This document shows, in pieces, positions 1 to 10,887 of a stretch of 64,000 bases of DNA (position 1 is its first letter; each line of letters opens with the position of its first letter). Source of the DNA: a virus. The stretch covers positions 64,436-128,435 of IMG/VR virus record IMGVR_UViG_3300032291_002550, one strand, 5' to 3'. A program made the translations under genes and the position numbers. The notes below the pieces were generated by a model, which worked only from the letters and a program-made list of their open reading frames with translations, did not search any database and was not told the DNA's origin.

Positions 1-7
1 TTATTTA

Positions 8-727
8 ATGCCAATTCATATACGTAATGAATTTCTTACATACTACGATAATACGCCTATTGTTACTGAAGAGATATTAAATGATATCGAAAATTGTATT
101 GTTATATATCCGGAAGGAATAAAATATAATCCGTTAAATTCAAAACATGTAGTTAGATGGATATTAGGCCCTGCTAGAGAAGAAGATATTATTACATATA
201 GTAAAGATGATATGATACTTTGGTATATGGATTATTATTATTTAGAACATGTAGGTCAAAAAGATAATCAATTATGTATCAGCGAATTTCATGAAGATAT
301 ATTTTTCAATCAAAATAAAAAGAGAAAAGGATCTTCTTATTGTGTAAGAAAATGTAAAAATCCAAAGTTCATACATCCAGAGGATTCTATTTTTATTCCA
401 TATCATGCAGCAGGTAATTTGTCTGGTTTAGCAGATTTATATAATCAAACAGAAAAATTTTATTGTTATGATAATTATACATTTTTACCAATACAAGCAG
501 CAATGTGTGGTTGTTTAAGTATAGTCATACCAGATGGTTCAAAAACCAAAGAAGAATGGTTAAGTAGTTGGAATCTTTACCAATATGGTATAGCTTATGG
601 GGAAGATGATATTCCTAGAGCATTAGAAACTTTACCATTATTATATCAAGAAATTAAAAAAGTTAATTTGGAAATGTATGAACAAATTAATATATTCATA
701 AATAAATGTAAAATTAAATTTAAATGA
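8..727 (+). CDS. putative glycosyltransferase-like protein
   Basis: ORF at the head of the sugar cluster; C-terminal 'YDNYTFLPIQAAMCGCLSIVIP' resembles a GT-B C-terminal segment. Confidence 0.5.
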   Translation: MPIHIRNEFLTYYDNTPIVTEEILNDIENCIVIYPEGIKYNPLNSKHVVRWILGPAREEDIITYSKDDMILWYMDYYYLEHVGQKDNQLCISEFHEDIFFNQNKKRKGSSYCVRKCKNPKFIHPEDSIFIPYHAAGNLSGLADLYNQTEKFYCYDNYTFLPIQAAMCGCLSIVIPDGSKTKEEWLSSWNLYQYGIAYGEDDIPRALETLPLLYQEIKKVNLEMYEQINIFINKCKIKFK

Positions 728-1671
728 AAGTAGTTTATATAACAGGATGCCTAGGATTTATAGGCTCCTATCTTACTAGAAGATGTCTAGAATTAGGTTG
801 GTATGTAAAAGGTGTTGATAAGATAACCTATGCAGCTAATAAAACTTTATTAGAAGAATTTAACACATATTCAAACTTTTCATTTGTACATTGCGATATA
901 AATGATTTGAAATTTTTATATGATTGTGATTATGTAATTAATACAGCAGCTGAAACTCATGTTGGTAATTCTATATCAAATTCTGATGAATTCGTTTCTT
1001 CGAATGTTAATGGTGTACATAATTTATTAGAGTTAATTAGAAATCATCGCGGAGAGCATAGCGAAAAGCCGATATTTATACATTTTAGTACTGACGAAGT
1101 ATACGGAGATATAGAAACCGGAGCTCATACAGAAGAAGATTTATTAAAACCATCTAATCCATATTCTGCAACTAAAGCAGCAGCTGATATGCTTGTATTA
1201 GCTTGGGCAAGAACATATAATCTTCCTTATATCATTGTTCGTCCTACAAATAACTACGGAATCGGCCAATATGTAGAAAAATTAATACCTAAGGCTTGTA
1301 AATATTTAAAGTTAGGTAAAAAGGTTCCATTACATAACAATGGAGATCCTATTCGTAATTGGCTTCATGCTAAAGATACTGCAGAAGCAGTAATTACAAT
1401 TATTAATTCTAATGTTAAAAATGAAATTTATAATATCTGTGGAGGATTTGAACAAAGTAACAAAGTAACAGCAGAAAAAATAATTAAAGAATATTTTGGA
1501 AATTTAAATTATTCTTCCTATATTAAATCTGATTATAAAAGGCAAGGTCAAGACGTAAGATATTCTTTAGATGATTCTAAACTAAGATCTTTAGGATGGG
1601 AGCCAACAGCAGTATTTGATGAAGAATTAAAAGATATTATAGAGTATTATAAAAACAAATTTATATGGTAA
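724..1671 (+). CDS. rfbB: dTDP-glucose 4,6-dehydratase (extended SDR)
   Basis: GxxGxxG (TGCLGFIG), AAETHV, STDEVYG, YSATK, RPTNNYG motifs. Confidence 0.85.
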   Translation: MKVVYITGCLGFIGSYLTRRCLELGWYVKGVDKITYAANKTLLEEFNTYSNFSFVHCDINDLKFLYDCDYVINTAAETHVGNSISNSDEFVSSNVNGVHNLLELIRNHRGEHSEKPIFIHFSTDEVYGDIETGAHTEEDLLKPSNPYSATKAAADMLVLAWARTYNLPYIIVRPTNNYGIGQYVEKLIPKACKYLKLGKKVPLHNNGDPIRNWLHAKDTAEAVITIINSNVKNEIYNICGGFEQSNKVTAEKIIKEYFGNLNYSSYIKSDYKRQGQDVRYSLDDSKLRSLGWEPTAVFDEELKDIIEYYKNKFIW

Positions 1672-2294
1672 CTAAAGAAGAATTAATTTCTTTTGAAACA
1701 GAAATAGGAAATACTTTTAATCAAGGAAAGATTGCTGCCCCAATACATCTTTATTCTGGTAATGAAGATTTAATTATGGAAATCTTTAAAGATATTGATG
1801 TTGAAAATGATTGGGTATGTTGTACATGGAGAAATCATTATCAAGGCTTATTAAAAGGAATTCCTAAAGAAATAATCAGAGAAAATATTATGAATGGTAA
1901 ATCAATGGTTATGAATTTACCCGAATATAAATTTATTTGCAGTTCTATAGTAGGAGGAATTCCTTCAGTTGCTGCAGGTATAGCATTTGCTCTTAAATTA
2001 CAAAATAAATCTAATAGAGTATGGTGTTGGGTAGGTGATATGAGTGCCGAAACGGGAAATTTTCATGAAGCATATAAGTATAGTTTAAATCATGATTTAC
2101 CTATTACTTTTATAGTAGAAGATAATAAAAAATCAGTATGCACACCTACACCAGATATCTGGAAACGCAATCAACCTTATTATCTTGAATCAGAATACCA
2201 AGGTGGTTTGTTAAAACAAAAAAATTTAATATATTATCAATACACTAACGAAAAATATCCTCACGCCGGGGCAGGTATTCGAGTTCAATTTTAA
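1665..2294 (+). CDS. TPP-dependent dehydrogenase E1 alpha-like subunit (probably sugar branching)
   Basis: HLYSGNE, SIVGG and GD...EDN TPP-binding motif; sugar-cluster context. Confidence 0.75.
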   Translation: MVTKEELISFETEIGNTFNQGKIAAPIHLYSGNEDLIMEIFKDIDVENDWVCCTWRNHYQGLLKGIPKEIIRENIMNGKSMVMNLPEYKFICSSIVGGIPSVAAGIAFALKLQNKSNRVWCWVGDMSAETGNFHEAYKYSLNHDLPITFIVEDNKKSVCTPTPDIWKRNQPYYLESEYQGGLLKQKNLIYYQYTNEKYPHAGAGIRVQF

Positions 2295-2298
2295 TAAC

Positions 2299-2835
2299 AT
2301 GAAATATTTTGAAGAATTAAAAAAAGCAATGAGTTTGCTTGCTGAACATCCTAAAACATTATTTATAGGCCAAGCAGTTGAGTTTGAAGGTACGGGATTA
2401 TATGAATCTTTAAAACATCTTCCTAAAAATAAAACAATAGAATTACCTGTTGCTGAATATTTACAATCTGGATTAGCTAATGGAATGGCTATTGAAGGAT
2501 TAATTCCAGTATCTACTTATCCTAGGTGGAATTTTTTATTAATGGGTACAGATCAAATTGTAAACCATTTAGATAAATTTTCTACAATGTCTAATGGTAA
2601 ATGTAATCCTAAAGTTATTATTAGGGTAGCAGTCGGAAGTGAACATCCCGTTGATCCTCAATGTCAACATAAAGGTAACTTTTCTAATGCTTTTAGATCT
2701 ATGCTTAAAAATGTTGAAGTAGTTGAACTGCATGAACCAGAAGATATTATACCTTCTTATGAGAAAGCATTGAATAGAGAAGATGGTGTTAGTACCATAT
2801 TAGTAGAATTTGCAGATTATTGTAAAGAAAAATAA
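2299..2835 (+). CDS. E1 beta / transketolase pyrimidine-binding domain protein (no C-terminal domain)
   Basis: ELPVAE, GLANGMA, DQIVN, QH motifs; only 178 aa. Confidence 0.75.
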   Translation: MKYFEELKKAMSLLAEHPKTLFIGQAVEFEGTGLYESLKHLPKNKTIELPVAEYLQSGLANGMAIEGLIPVSTYPRWNFLLMGTDQIVNHLDKFSTMSNGKCNPKVIIRVAVGSEHPVDPQCQHKGNFSNAFRSMLKNVEVVELHEPEDIIPSYEKALNREDGVSTILVEFADYCKEK

Positions 2836-2847
2836 AATAAAATAACA

Positions 2848-3390
2848 ATGAAAAAAGCTTTAATTATTACTTGGGAAAAGTTCCAAGATCATGAATTAAT
2901 TTATCCATTTTACAGCTTAAAAGAAGCCGGATATGATGTTACATTAATGGCTAATAAAGTAGGAAAGATATGGGGAAGTTTAGGAACTCATATGAATTGC
3001 GATATTGAAACGACAGCATTTGAAGATGAAATAACAAGACGACAGTATTTAAATGAATATGAAATCTTATTAGTCCCAGGTGGAGTCAAGGCTTTAGAAA
3101 AATTAAGACAAGAAAAAGGAGTATTAAAATTTGTTCAAGAATGGAATTCTGCTAATAAAACAATATTTTCAGTATGTAATGGAGCACAATTATTAATATC
3201 AGCTAAAATTTTACAAGGAAGAACATTATCTGGATATTATTCAATTGATGTAGATATTGAAAATGCCGGAGCTACATATAGCAGAGGTCCTGTAGTAGTG
3301 GATGGTAATATTATTTCTTGCCCACATTACGATTTTATGGGTGAATGGATGAGAACAGCATATCAAGTTCATAACGAAAGAAATAAATAA
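2848..3390 (+). CDS. DJ-1/PfpI family protein
   Basis: FQDHE..YP, VPGG, VCNG nucleophile elbow, VVVDGNIIS. Confidence 0.85.
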   Translation: MKKALIITWEKFQDHELIYPFYSLKEAGYDVTLMANKVGKIWGSLGTHMNCDIETTAFEDEITRRQYLNEYEILLVPGGVKALEKLRQEKGVLKFVQEWNSANKTIFSVCNGAQLLISAKILQGRTLSGYYSIDVDIENAGATYSRGPVVVDGNIISCPHYDFMGEWMRTAYQVHNERNK

Positions 3391-4064
3391 TGAGTTACGA
3401 AACTAATATTGTAAAAAAGCCTTGGGGATATGAATATTTAGCTTACGAAAATGAAGATGTAGGTTTATGGGTTCTTTATATCGCACCTGAACAATGTACA
3501 TCAATGCATTGTCACCCTAAAAAAACTACAGGGTTAGTATTATTAGATGGTCAGGCAGAAGTTTCATTTTTAGCAGATAAGAGAAAATTATATTCTTTAG
3601 ATAAAGTAATGATTCGAAGGGGATTATTTCACTCTACTAAAGCTTTAAGTGATACAGGAGCATTTATTTTTGAAATAGAAACTCCTAAAGATAAGCATGA
3701 TCTAGTAAGATTAAACGATCAATATGGCCGGGCATCTAAAACATACGAAGATAGTACGTTTGAAGAAAAGAAGGCAGATAATTGCCTTTGGATTTCTGAA
3801 CCTGAATTAGGTAATTTTAAATTATATGACTTTGCTGATTGTCAATTAAAAATTGAAACGATTGATAATATAAACGTAATTAATAAAAAAGAAGATACTG
3901 ATTTAATTATGTTTTTAAAAGGCGGGATGGTACGAAATATAGATGGAAATTTACATTGCGTAACTATTCCCGGAGATGTCGGATTTGCAAATGTTATTAA
4001 GCAAGTATCTCATCAATTGGACGGAGTAGTTCCAGGTACAATTATAATGACTATAACAAAATGA
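3390..4064 (+). CDS. cupin-domain protein (mannose-6-phosphate isomerase-like)
   Basis: VKKPWGYE, SMHCHPKK, FEIETP...DLVRLNDQYGR. Confidence 0.7.
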   Translation: MSYETNIVKKPWGYEYLAYENEDVGLWVLYIAPEQCTSMHCHPKKTTGLVLLDGQAEVSFLADKRKLYSLDKVMIRRGLFHSTKALSDTGAFIFEIETPKDKHDLVRLNDQYGRASKTYEDSTFEEKKADNCLWISEPELGNFKLYDFADCQLKIETIDNINVINKKEDTDLIMFLKGGMVRNIDGNLHCVTIPGDVGFANVIKQVSHQLDGVVPGTIIMTITK

Positions 4065-4441
4065 AATATTTCCCTGCAGAATTTGAATCAGATAAAAATA
4101 ATTTAGCAATTGATTTTGATGGAGTTATTCATAACTTTGACAAAGGATTTCATGATGGAACTTGTTATGGCGATCCGATTGAAGGGTCATTAAATGCTAT
4201 ACGTGAGCTATCTAAAAAATATACTATTATTATCTTTACTGCAAAAGCAAAATCAGATCGACCATTAATTAATGGCAAGACCGGTACAGAGTTAGTCAGA
4301 GAGTGGTTGGATAAATATGGTATCTTAGATTGTGTAAAAGAAATTACATCTGAAAAACCTAGAGCAATGTTATATATTGATGATAATAGTTATCGTTTTG
4401 AATCTTGGAAAGACACTTTAAAGTTTATTAATAATATATGA
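4061..4441 (+). CDS. HAD-family phosphatase
   Basis: DFDGV motif I, KP...YIDD motifs III/IV. Confidence 0.75.
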   Translation: MKYFPAEFESDKNNLAIDFDGVIHNFDKGFHDGTCYGDPIEGSLNAIRELSKKYTIIIFTAKAKSDRPLINGKTGTELVREWLDKYGILDCVKEITSEKPRAMLYIDDNSYRFESWKDTLKFINNI

Positions 4442-6216
4442 AAATAAAAGTTTCAGATTATATTTTTAATTATTTAAATAAAAAAGGTTTAGATACAATA
4501 TTTACCGTAGCTGGTGGAGCTGCAGCTCATTTACTAAATACAGTAACAAATAGCGATTTTACTTATATTTGTAACTATCATGAACAAGCTTGTGCCATGG
4601 CAGCTGAAGGATATACTCGTGTATCAAATAAACCAGCAATTGTATTAGTTACTAACGGGCCTGGTTCTTCTAATACCATTACAGGCGTATTAGGAGCATA
4701 TCAAGATTCAATTCCTATGATTATTATTTCAGGTCAAGTTCCTGTAAATCAATCTTTAGGAAGTTTAGAAAATTTACATTTAAGACAGTTAGGCGTACAA
4801 GAATGTGATATTATTAGTATGGTAAAGCCGATTACGAAATATGCTGTACAAATAACTAAAGCTTCGGATATAAAATATGAACTTCATCAAGCTTATAATT
4901 TGGCTATATCAGGTAGGAAAGGACCGGTTTGGTTGGACATACCTTTAGATGTACAAAGTTCCGAAATTGATGATACTATATTTGAAGAAAAATTTGAAAC
5001 ATTTCATAATAACCCTAACAATTATGATTTAAGTACAATTGTATCTTTACTTTTAAAAGCAAAAAAACCTGTTATAGTAACAGGTAATGGAATACATTTA
5101 TCTCAGTCAGAAAAAATATTTACTGAATTAAAAGACAAATTACAAATTCCTGTTGTATCTACATGGACCTCTAAAGATTTAATGAATCAAAATGATCCAT
5201 TATATGTAGGAAATTTTGGATTATTAGGAGAGCGCGCGGCAAATTTTGCTATACAAACTGCTGATTTATTATTAGTTTTAGGAAGTAGATTATCAATTCC
5301 AAATATTGGATACCAATCTCAATTATTTTCTCCTAAATCAATTAAAATTATGGTTGATATAGATGAAAATGAATTAAATAAACCAACAATTAAAATTGAT
5401 TATAAAGTAAATGAAGATTTGTATAAGTTTATAACTAACTTAAACGTTGAGTTACATAATCAAGAATTACCTAATAGATCTAAATGGGTTGAGAAAACTC
5501 AAACATGGAAATATAAATACCCTGTATTTCAGACAGAATATAAGTATAATACCAATCGAATCAATTCATTTTACTTTATGGAAATATTATCTGAAAAATT
5601 AACAGATAATAATATTATAATAACTGATATGGGAACTAGTTACACTTGTACTATGCAATCATTACAAATGAATGGTAAGAATAGATTATTTACATCTAGT
5701 GCTTGTTGCTCGATGGGATTTGGTTTACCCGGCGCTATCGGTGCTTATTTTGCATCTCCAACAAAAGATATTATATTAATAGCAGGTGATGGTGGATTGC
5801 AAATGAATTTACAAGAACTACAAACGATAGCACATCATCAACTTCCTATTAAAATATTTGTGTTAAATAATAATGGATATTTGGCTATATCTTTAATGCA
5901 AGACAATTTATTTAAAGGGAATTATATAGGATCAAATAAACAAAGCGGTATTAGTTCTCCGGATTTTATTAAAATAGCAGATGTTTATGGATTTACGAGC
6001 TTTAAATTTAATAATAATAAAGATTTAGAGAGTAAAATTGATGATGTAATGAATACTAAAGGACCAGTATTAGTTGAAATTATGATGACTGAGAACCAAT
6101 TATTAGTTCCTAGAGTACAAAGCTCTAAAGATATAAACGGTAAAATTATATCAAATAGTTTAGAAAATATGTTTCCTTATTTACCTGAAGAGGAAATAAA
6201 AGAAATAATGTTATGA
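4438..6216 (+). CDS. thiamine pyrophosphate-binding protein (acetolactate synthase / YerE-like)
   Basis: HEQACAMAAEGY, TNGPG, GPVWLDIPLD, SMGFGLPGAIG, GDGGLQMN...NN. Confidence 0.85.
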   Translation: MKIKVSDYIFNYLNKKGLDTIFTVAGGAAAHLLNTVTNSDFTYICNYHEQACAMAAEGYTRVSNKPAIVLVTNGPGSSNTITGVLGAYQDSIPMIIISGQVPVNQSLGSLENLHLRQLGVQECDIISMVKPITKYAVQITKASDIKYELHQAYNLAISGRKGPVWLDIPLDVQSSEIDDTIFEEKFETFHNNPNNYDLSTIVSLLLKAKKPVIVTGNGIHLSQSEKIFTELKDKLQIPVVSTWTSKDLMNQNDPLYVGNFGLLGERAANFAIQTADLLLVLGSRLSIPNIGYQSQLFSPKSIKIMVDIDENELNKPTIKIDYKVNEDLYKFITNLNVELHNQELPNRSKWVEKTQTWKYKYPVFQTEYKYNTNRINSFYFMEILSEKLTDNNIIITDMGTSYTCTMQSLQMNGKNRLFTSSACCSMGFGLPGAIGAYFASPTKDIILIAGDGGLQMNLQELQTIAHHQLPIKIFVLNNNGYLAISLMQDNLFKGNYIGSNKQSGISSPDFIKIADVYGFTSFKFNNNKDLESKIDDVMNTKGPVLVEIMMTENQLLVPRVQSSKDINGKIISNSLENMFPYLPEEEIKEIML

Positions 6217-6986
6217 AAATATTAATAACTGGAGGTAATGGTTATATTGCAAAAGGACTATACAATAATTTAAAGCCTATACATGATATAACTTTAATAA
6301 CAAGAAAAGAATGTGAACTAACGAACTTTCATTCTGTTAATTCTTATTTTCATGATAAGTATTTTGATGTCATTGTACATTGCGCTGTAGATGGTGGTAG
6401 CAGATTAAAAGAAGATTCTCCTGATGTGTTAGATAACAATCTTCGTATGTATTATAATCTTCTTTCTCAAAAAAGTCATTATAATAAATTTATTCATTTT
6501 GGTTCTGGTGCTCAGTTTCGTTCTGAGCCCGGACCTTATGGTGTAAGCAAATCCATTATCGCCGATTCGATGAGCAATAAAGAACGTTTTTATAATATCA
6601 TAGTATATGGATTGTTTGATGAAAATGAATTGGATACGCGCTTTATAAAGGCTAACTTAAAAAAGTATATCAATAAAGAATCAATGATAATTCATAATGA
6701 TAAGAAAATGACGTTTTTTTATATGAAAGATTTGGTAACGTTAGTAAATCATATTATATTAGAAGAGCCAAAGAGATTAATAAAAACTCAAGATGCCTCG
6801 TATGTATCTGAATATTCTTTACTAGAAATTGCAGAGTATATTAACACATTAGGAGATTATACAGTACCTATACTTGTTGGAACTGAGATGGGTGAGGATT
6901 ATCAATCTATGTTTAATGCTCCTTATAGTTTAGATTATGTTGGATTAAAAAATGGAATTTTGGAAGTCTATAATAAATTAAAATGA
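6213..6986 (+). CDS. NAD-dependent epimerase/dehydratase
   Basis: TGGNGYIA, GSGA, YGVSK. Confidence 0.8.
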   Translation: MKILITGGNGYIAKGLYNNLKPIHDITLITRKECELTNFHSVNSYFHDKYFDVIVHCAVDGGSRLKEDSPDVLDNNLRMYYNLLSQKSHYNKFIHFGSGAQFRSEPGPYGVSKSIIADSMSNKERFYNIIVYGLFDENELDTRFIKANLKKYINKESMIIHNDKKMTFFYMKDLVTLVNHIILEEPKRLIKTQDASYVSEYSLLEIAEYINTLGDYTVPILVGTEMGEDYQSMFNAPYSLDYVGLKNGILEVYNKLK

Positions 6987-7891
6987 ATATAACGATATTA
7001 TATCATATAATGCCATGGGAAATAGATTATGCTCTATTAACCTTTCAACAACTTAAAAGATCTAAATACTATCTTCCAGAAGATGTAAACATTACAATTA
7101 ACTCTGCTTTAAACTTATCTTCATTTTTAATTAATTGGGATGAATCTAAACTTCCAAAAGAATATTTTATCGAGAAGTATAAGACATTATCGATACTATT
7201 AAAAGATTATAATCATATTCCATTTATTTATGATGGCAATGAATTATGGGGTCATTTAGATTTACAACGAGATATAATAAAAAATAACTCTGATTACTAT
7301 ATTAGTAGTTGCCCGGATATGTATTTTAGTGAACATTTACTTTCATATTTAGTACAAGCTGTCCAATCAATTAAAAATAAATACTTTGTTCTTACTCCGC
7401 AAATTTGTAGAATGTGGGATGAATCTTGGGAAGTATTAACTCATGATAAATATAAAATCGGGCCTCATTATGGATGGGAAAAAACAATAGATATTTATGA
7501 TGTAGATAATTTTCTTCATACAGAAAATGAAGAAATATCTATAACTCCTATTAATCAATTAAAATGGGCTGGTTGGTTTGATTTGTATAGTAAAGATTTT
7601 TATGAAGATTTAATGAGAGTGCCTGATGATTGGCATGGTTATGGTGGATTAGATTTTTATGGTCTAGTTATCGCGCAATATGCTAAACAAAAAGGATATG
7701 ACTTTCAGCAATATCGATTAAATGGGCAGGTAATATTTGAATATTCGGTTGGGCCATTAAGAAATGAAACTATCCATGGATTTTCTAACTATTATAAAAA
7801 TTTAATCGTACGAAAAGATATTTCAGAACAAAGAGATCTTTTTAATTCGAAAATAAATTATTATATTGAAGAAAAAATAAAAACGTTATGA
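6983..7891 (+). CDS. putative glycosyltransferase (GT-A-like)
   Basis: cluster context; GYGGLD resembles the GT-A GxGxED motif. Confidence 0.5.
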   Translation: MNITILYHIMPWEIDYALLTFQQLKRSKYYLPEDVNITINSALNLSSFLINWDESKLPKEYFIEKYKTLSILLKDYNHIPFIYDGNELWGHLDLQRDIIKNNSDYYISSCPDMYFSEHLLSYLVQAVQSIKNKYFVLTPQICRMWDESWEVLTHDKYKIGPHYGWEKTIDIYDVDNFLHTENEEISITPINQLKWAGWFDLYSKDFYEDLMRVPDDWHGYGGLDFYGLVIAQYAKQKGYDFQQYRLNGQVIFEYSVGPLRNETIHGFSNYYKNLIVRKDISEQRDLFNSKINYYIEEKIKTL

Positions 7892-9036
7892 ACATATCAT
7901 TACTAATAGGATTAAAAAATAACTTAGATTATACTAAGAATTTTTATAATACTACAAGACAATTATATCCAAATGTAGAACTATGCTTTGTAAGTTATGG
8001 TTCTACAGATGGAACTAATGAATGGTTAGATTCTTTAAACGATGAAAATGTAAAATACTTTCATTCTACAGAAACTAAAACATTCTCTGATACATTTAAT
8101 AAAGCAGCATCTTTAGCTACTAAAGATTATATTATGTTTCTTCATAATGATATAGTTATTGCTCCAAATTTTTTAGAGAACATTGAAAAGCATTTATCTG
8201 AAGATTCTATTGTATCATATACAACAATTGAGCCTCCTATTTTTGCGGGTCATGAAAGGCCTGGTAAAATAATTAAAGACTTTGGAACAGATATAAATAC
8301 ACTTAAGTTAAATGAAATGTATGAGTTTGTAGAGTCTCAAAGAGATGTATATTGTAATAAAACAGAATCAGGTATTACATTCTTTATGTGTATGCCAAAA
8401 GATAAATATCTTGAAATAGGAGGATTACATAATATTTTTAGTCCAATGTTCTGCGAAGATGATGATTTGATCTTAAGATGGAAATTATTAGGATTAAATT
8501 TATTTACGTCTTTAGATTCTATATGTTATCATTTTGTAAGTAAGACAAGTAGATTTTCTGAGGAATATCAACTAATTACTCAGAAAATCGAATTACATTC
8601 TAATAAAAACTTTATTCGTAAATGGGGGTTTAGAAATTCAATTTATAATAAAAAATATAATATAGCTTTCATAGTTCATAACTGTAACTTATCTTTACTA
8701 GAAGCATTAGAGCCATGGTGTGATAGAATATATGTTAATGAAAAGTTTAATGTTGGAAGATCATGGGACTATGTTGAAATGGAGCAATCAAACACTTCTT
8801 TTGATTTATCTAAAAGAGTTTTAAACATTAAAGAAAATGACCCTTATTCTGAAAACGATATTATAATAGAATTTGATATAAATAATTTTAATGGAGAATC
8901 ATTTAATATTATACAAAACTTATCAGATATTATTACTGAGTCTGGAGAAATTGGGCAGTTCGAATTAGATTGCTTTAAAATTACAATTAATAATATTAAA
9001 GATACATCAAACGATCTTATATACATAAATAATTAA
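7888..9036 (+). CDS. glycosyltransferase family 2
   Basis: GSTDGT, FLHND, CEDDDL motifs. Confidence 0.8.
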   Translation: MNISLLIGLKNNLDYTKNFYNTTRQLYPNVELCFVSYGSTDGTNEWLDSLNDENVKYFHSTETKTFSDTFNKAASLATKDYIMFLHNDIVIAPNFLENIEKHLSEDSIVSYTTIEPPIFAGHERPGKIIKDFGTDINTLKLNEMYEFVESQRDVYCNKTESGITFFMCMPKDKYLEIGGLHNIFSPMFCEDDDLILRWKLLGLNLFTSLDSICYHFVSKTSRFSEEYQLITQKIELHSNKNFIRKWGFRNSIYNKKYNIAFIVHNCNLSLLEALEPWCDRIYVNEKFNVGRSWDYVEMEQSNTSFDLSKRVLNIKENDPYSENDIIIEFDINNFNGESFNIIQNLSDIITESGEIGQFELDCFKITINNIKDTSNDLIYINN

Positions 9037-9082
9037 TAAAATATCTATAGGATATATTTAAATTAATACTTATATTAATGAT

Positions 9083-9442
9083 ATGAAATCTCCAGTTGAG
9101 CAAGTAAGCGAAAAGATGTTCGGATATGTTAATTTAACAATAGAAGATGTAAAAAACAATCCAGAATTATTCTTATCACATAAATTAACATTTGATCAAT
9201 ATGTAGAATGGTATAATTGGTCTCAAGATTTATTAACTAATTCATATCCATCAATGTCATCAATTGATATCTTAAAGATATTAGACTTATTTGATATTAA
9301 ATTTGGCTTATTATATGAATATATTAAAGTAGATAATAAATTATCAGATGAATTATTAGATATGATGCGTGAAATACGACCAAAGAAAATAAAAGAATCA
9401 AAAAATAAAATATTAGACACTAATAAAGGCGGGTTGGCATAA
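9083..9442 (+). CDS. hypothetical protein
   Basis: ORF track, same strand as neighbours. Confidence 0.6.
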   Translation: MKSPVEQVSEKMFGYVNLTIEDVKNNPELFLSHKLTFDQYVEWYNWSQDLLTNSYPSMSSIDILKILDLFDIKFGLLYEYIKVDNKLSDELLDMMREIRPKKIKESKNKILDTNKGGLA

Positions 9443-9484
9443 TAAAGCCACCGAATTTATCAAGCAAAAACTGCTTTATCACAA

Positions 9485-9742
9485 ATGAAAAAACAATTGT
9501 TTACTTACTATATTTTACTTCCAGGCGATACTGAAGAAAATATATCTGACGCTAATATTCTAGGAGAAGAAAGTACACATAATAACTTTTGGCCTGGAGA
9601 TGGATTGGTAGCATTAAATAATATTCTTAATCAAAGACCAGATATGCTCGAACATATTACTATTATTAGATCAGACAGAAAAGTAATTACAGTCGAGAAG
9701 TTTTTAAATGATATTAAAAAATTTAAATTCGTTAAAAAATAA
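9485..9742 (+). CDS. hypothetical protein
   Basis: ORF track. Confidence 0.6.
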   Translation: MKKQLFTYYILLPGDTEENISDANILGEESTHNNFWPGDGLVALNNILNQRPDMLEHITIIRSDRKVITVEKFLNDIKKFKFVKK

Positions 9743-9748
9743 CATAAC

Positions 9749-10261
9749 ATGGTAACAGATAATGATATAGATTCACTTCAATGGCAGTCTATAATTGATA
9801 AAAGATTCACAACTCAAGTCATTTATCCTAATCATCCTTCTTTTAAAAAGATGTATGATAATTATTTTAAAGTATATGGACTTGCATTTTTACATTTTAA
9901 AGCTATGAATATTTTTATCGATGGTCAAGAACTTCTTAAGGATGGATATACTCCATCTCATATATATGCCATCGAGGCTCATGAAATAGCTCATTATATA
10001 CTTCAACATGATAAAGATAGTCCTTCAATTGAACAAGAAAAGTCTGCCGATGTAGCCGCAATTCAAATCTTAGAATTCTTAAAGCATTATGAAGCTAAAG
10101 AATTATTAATAAGGCGCTTTACTTTATTGTATAAGTGCGATCCTAATAAAGATGATATCTTATCTCCAAAAGAAAAAGAAATGCTTATAAGCTATTTAAA
10201 ACAGCGTAAACCTTCTTTTATTAATAAAATTAAAAATTTTCTTTTGAAATTTAAAAAGTAA
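9749..10261 (+). CDS. putative zinc metallopeptidase (HExxH)
   Basis: AHEIAH followed by EKSAD. Confidence 0.55.
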   Translation: MVTDNDIDSLQWQSIIDKRFTTQVIYPNHPSFKKMYDNYFKVYGLAFLHFKAMNIFIDGQELLKDGYTPSHIYAIEAHEIAHYILQHDKDSPSIEQEKSADVAAIQILEFLKHYEAKELLIRRFTLLYKCDPNKDDILSPKEKEMLISYLKQRKPSFINKIKNFLLKFKK

Positions 10262-10279
10262 TCTTTATATTAGATATCT

Positions 10280-10885
10280 ATGGGAAGGCCGAAAACAATA
10301 TTCAAAACAAAATTACGGAGCTTTATTAATTTTATGTCGAGAGAAATATTTAATGCGTCTATTAAAAATCTTAAAGATAAAAGATTAATCTTCGACTTTA
10401 ACTTTAAAGATGAAATTATTCGTCTTAATATTAATATAGATTATGATTCGATAGTTGGAGGCATTTATACCGAAGGATTTGATATTTGGGGAAGTAGTTC
10501 TGACGAAGATATTCAAATGTATATTCAAATATATACTCATAACTTTAAAAGTATATCTTATAATGAATTTAATGCTTCTATTAGAGAGTTTCTGAGACAT
10601 GAATTAGAACATATAGCCCAATATTTAGAAATAAATGGAAAGCCTGACATATATGAATCGGGCCCGGCGACATTAATAGAAGATTATCTTACTCAGACAC
10701 ATGAAATAGATGCTTTCTTATTTGGGCTTAACTATAAAAGAAAATATCTTAAAACAAATATGAAAGATGAAATTCAATCATTATTAATGAGATATTATCG
10801 ATTAACTGATAATAATATTGCAGATAAGATTGAAAATATTTGGTATAAACGATTAAAAATAATACTTCCACACTTAGTAGATTAA
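10280..10885 (+). CDS. putative zincin-like metallopeptidase
   Basis: RHELEH and downstream HEIDA. Confidence 0.5.
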   Translation: MGRPKTIFKTKLRSFINFMSREIFNASIKNLKDKRLIFDFNFKDEIIRLNINIDYDSIVGGIYTEGFDIWGSSSDEDIQMYIQIYTHNFKSISYNEFNASIREFLRHELEHIAQYLEINGKPDIYESGPATLIEDYLTQTHEIDAFLFGLNYKRKYLKTNMKDEIQSLLMRYYRLTDNNIADKIENIWYKRLKIILPHLVD

Positions 10886-10887
10886 AT

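Noticed and set aside
1665-6216. Central-metabolism PDH and acetolactate synthase as auxiliary metabolic genes
   Set aside because: There is no E2/E3 or IlvN/IlvC, the beta subunit is truncated, and the context is nucleotide-sugar biosynthesis.
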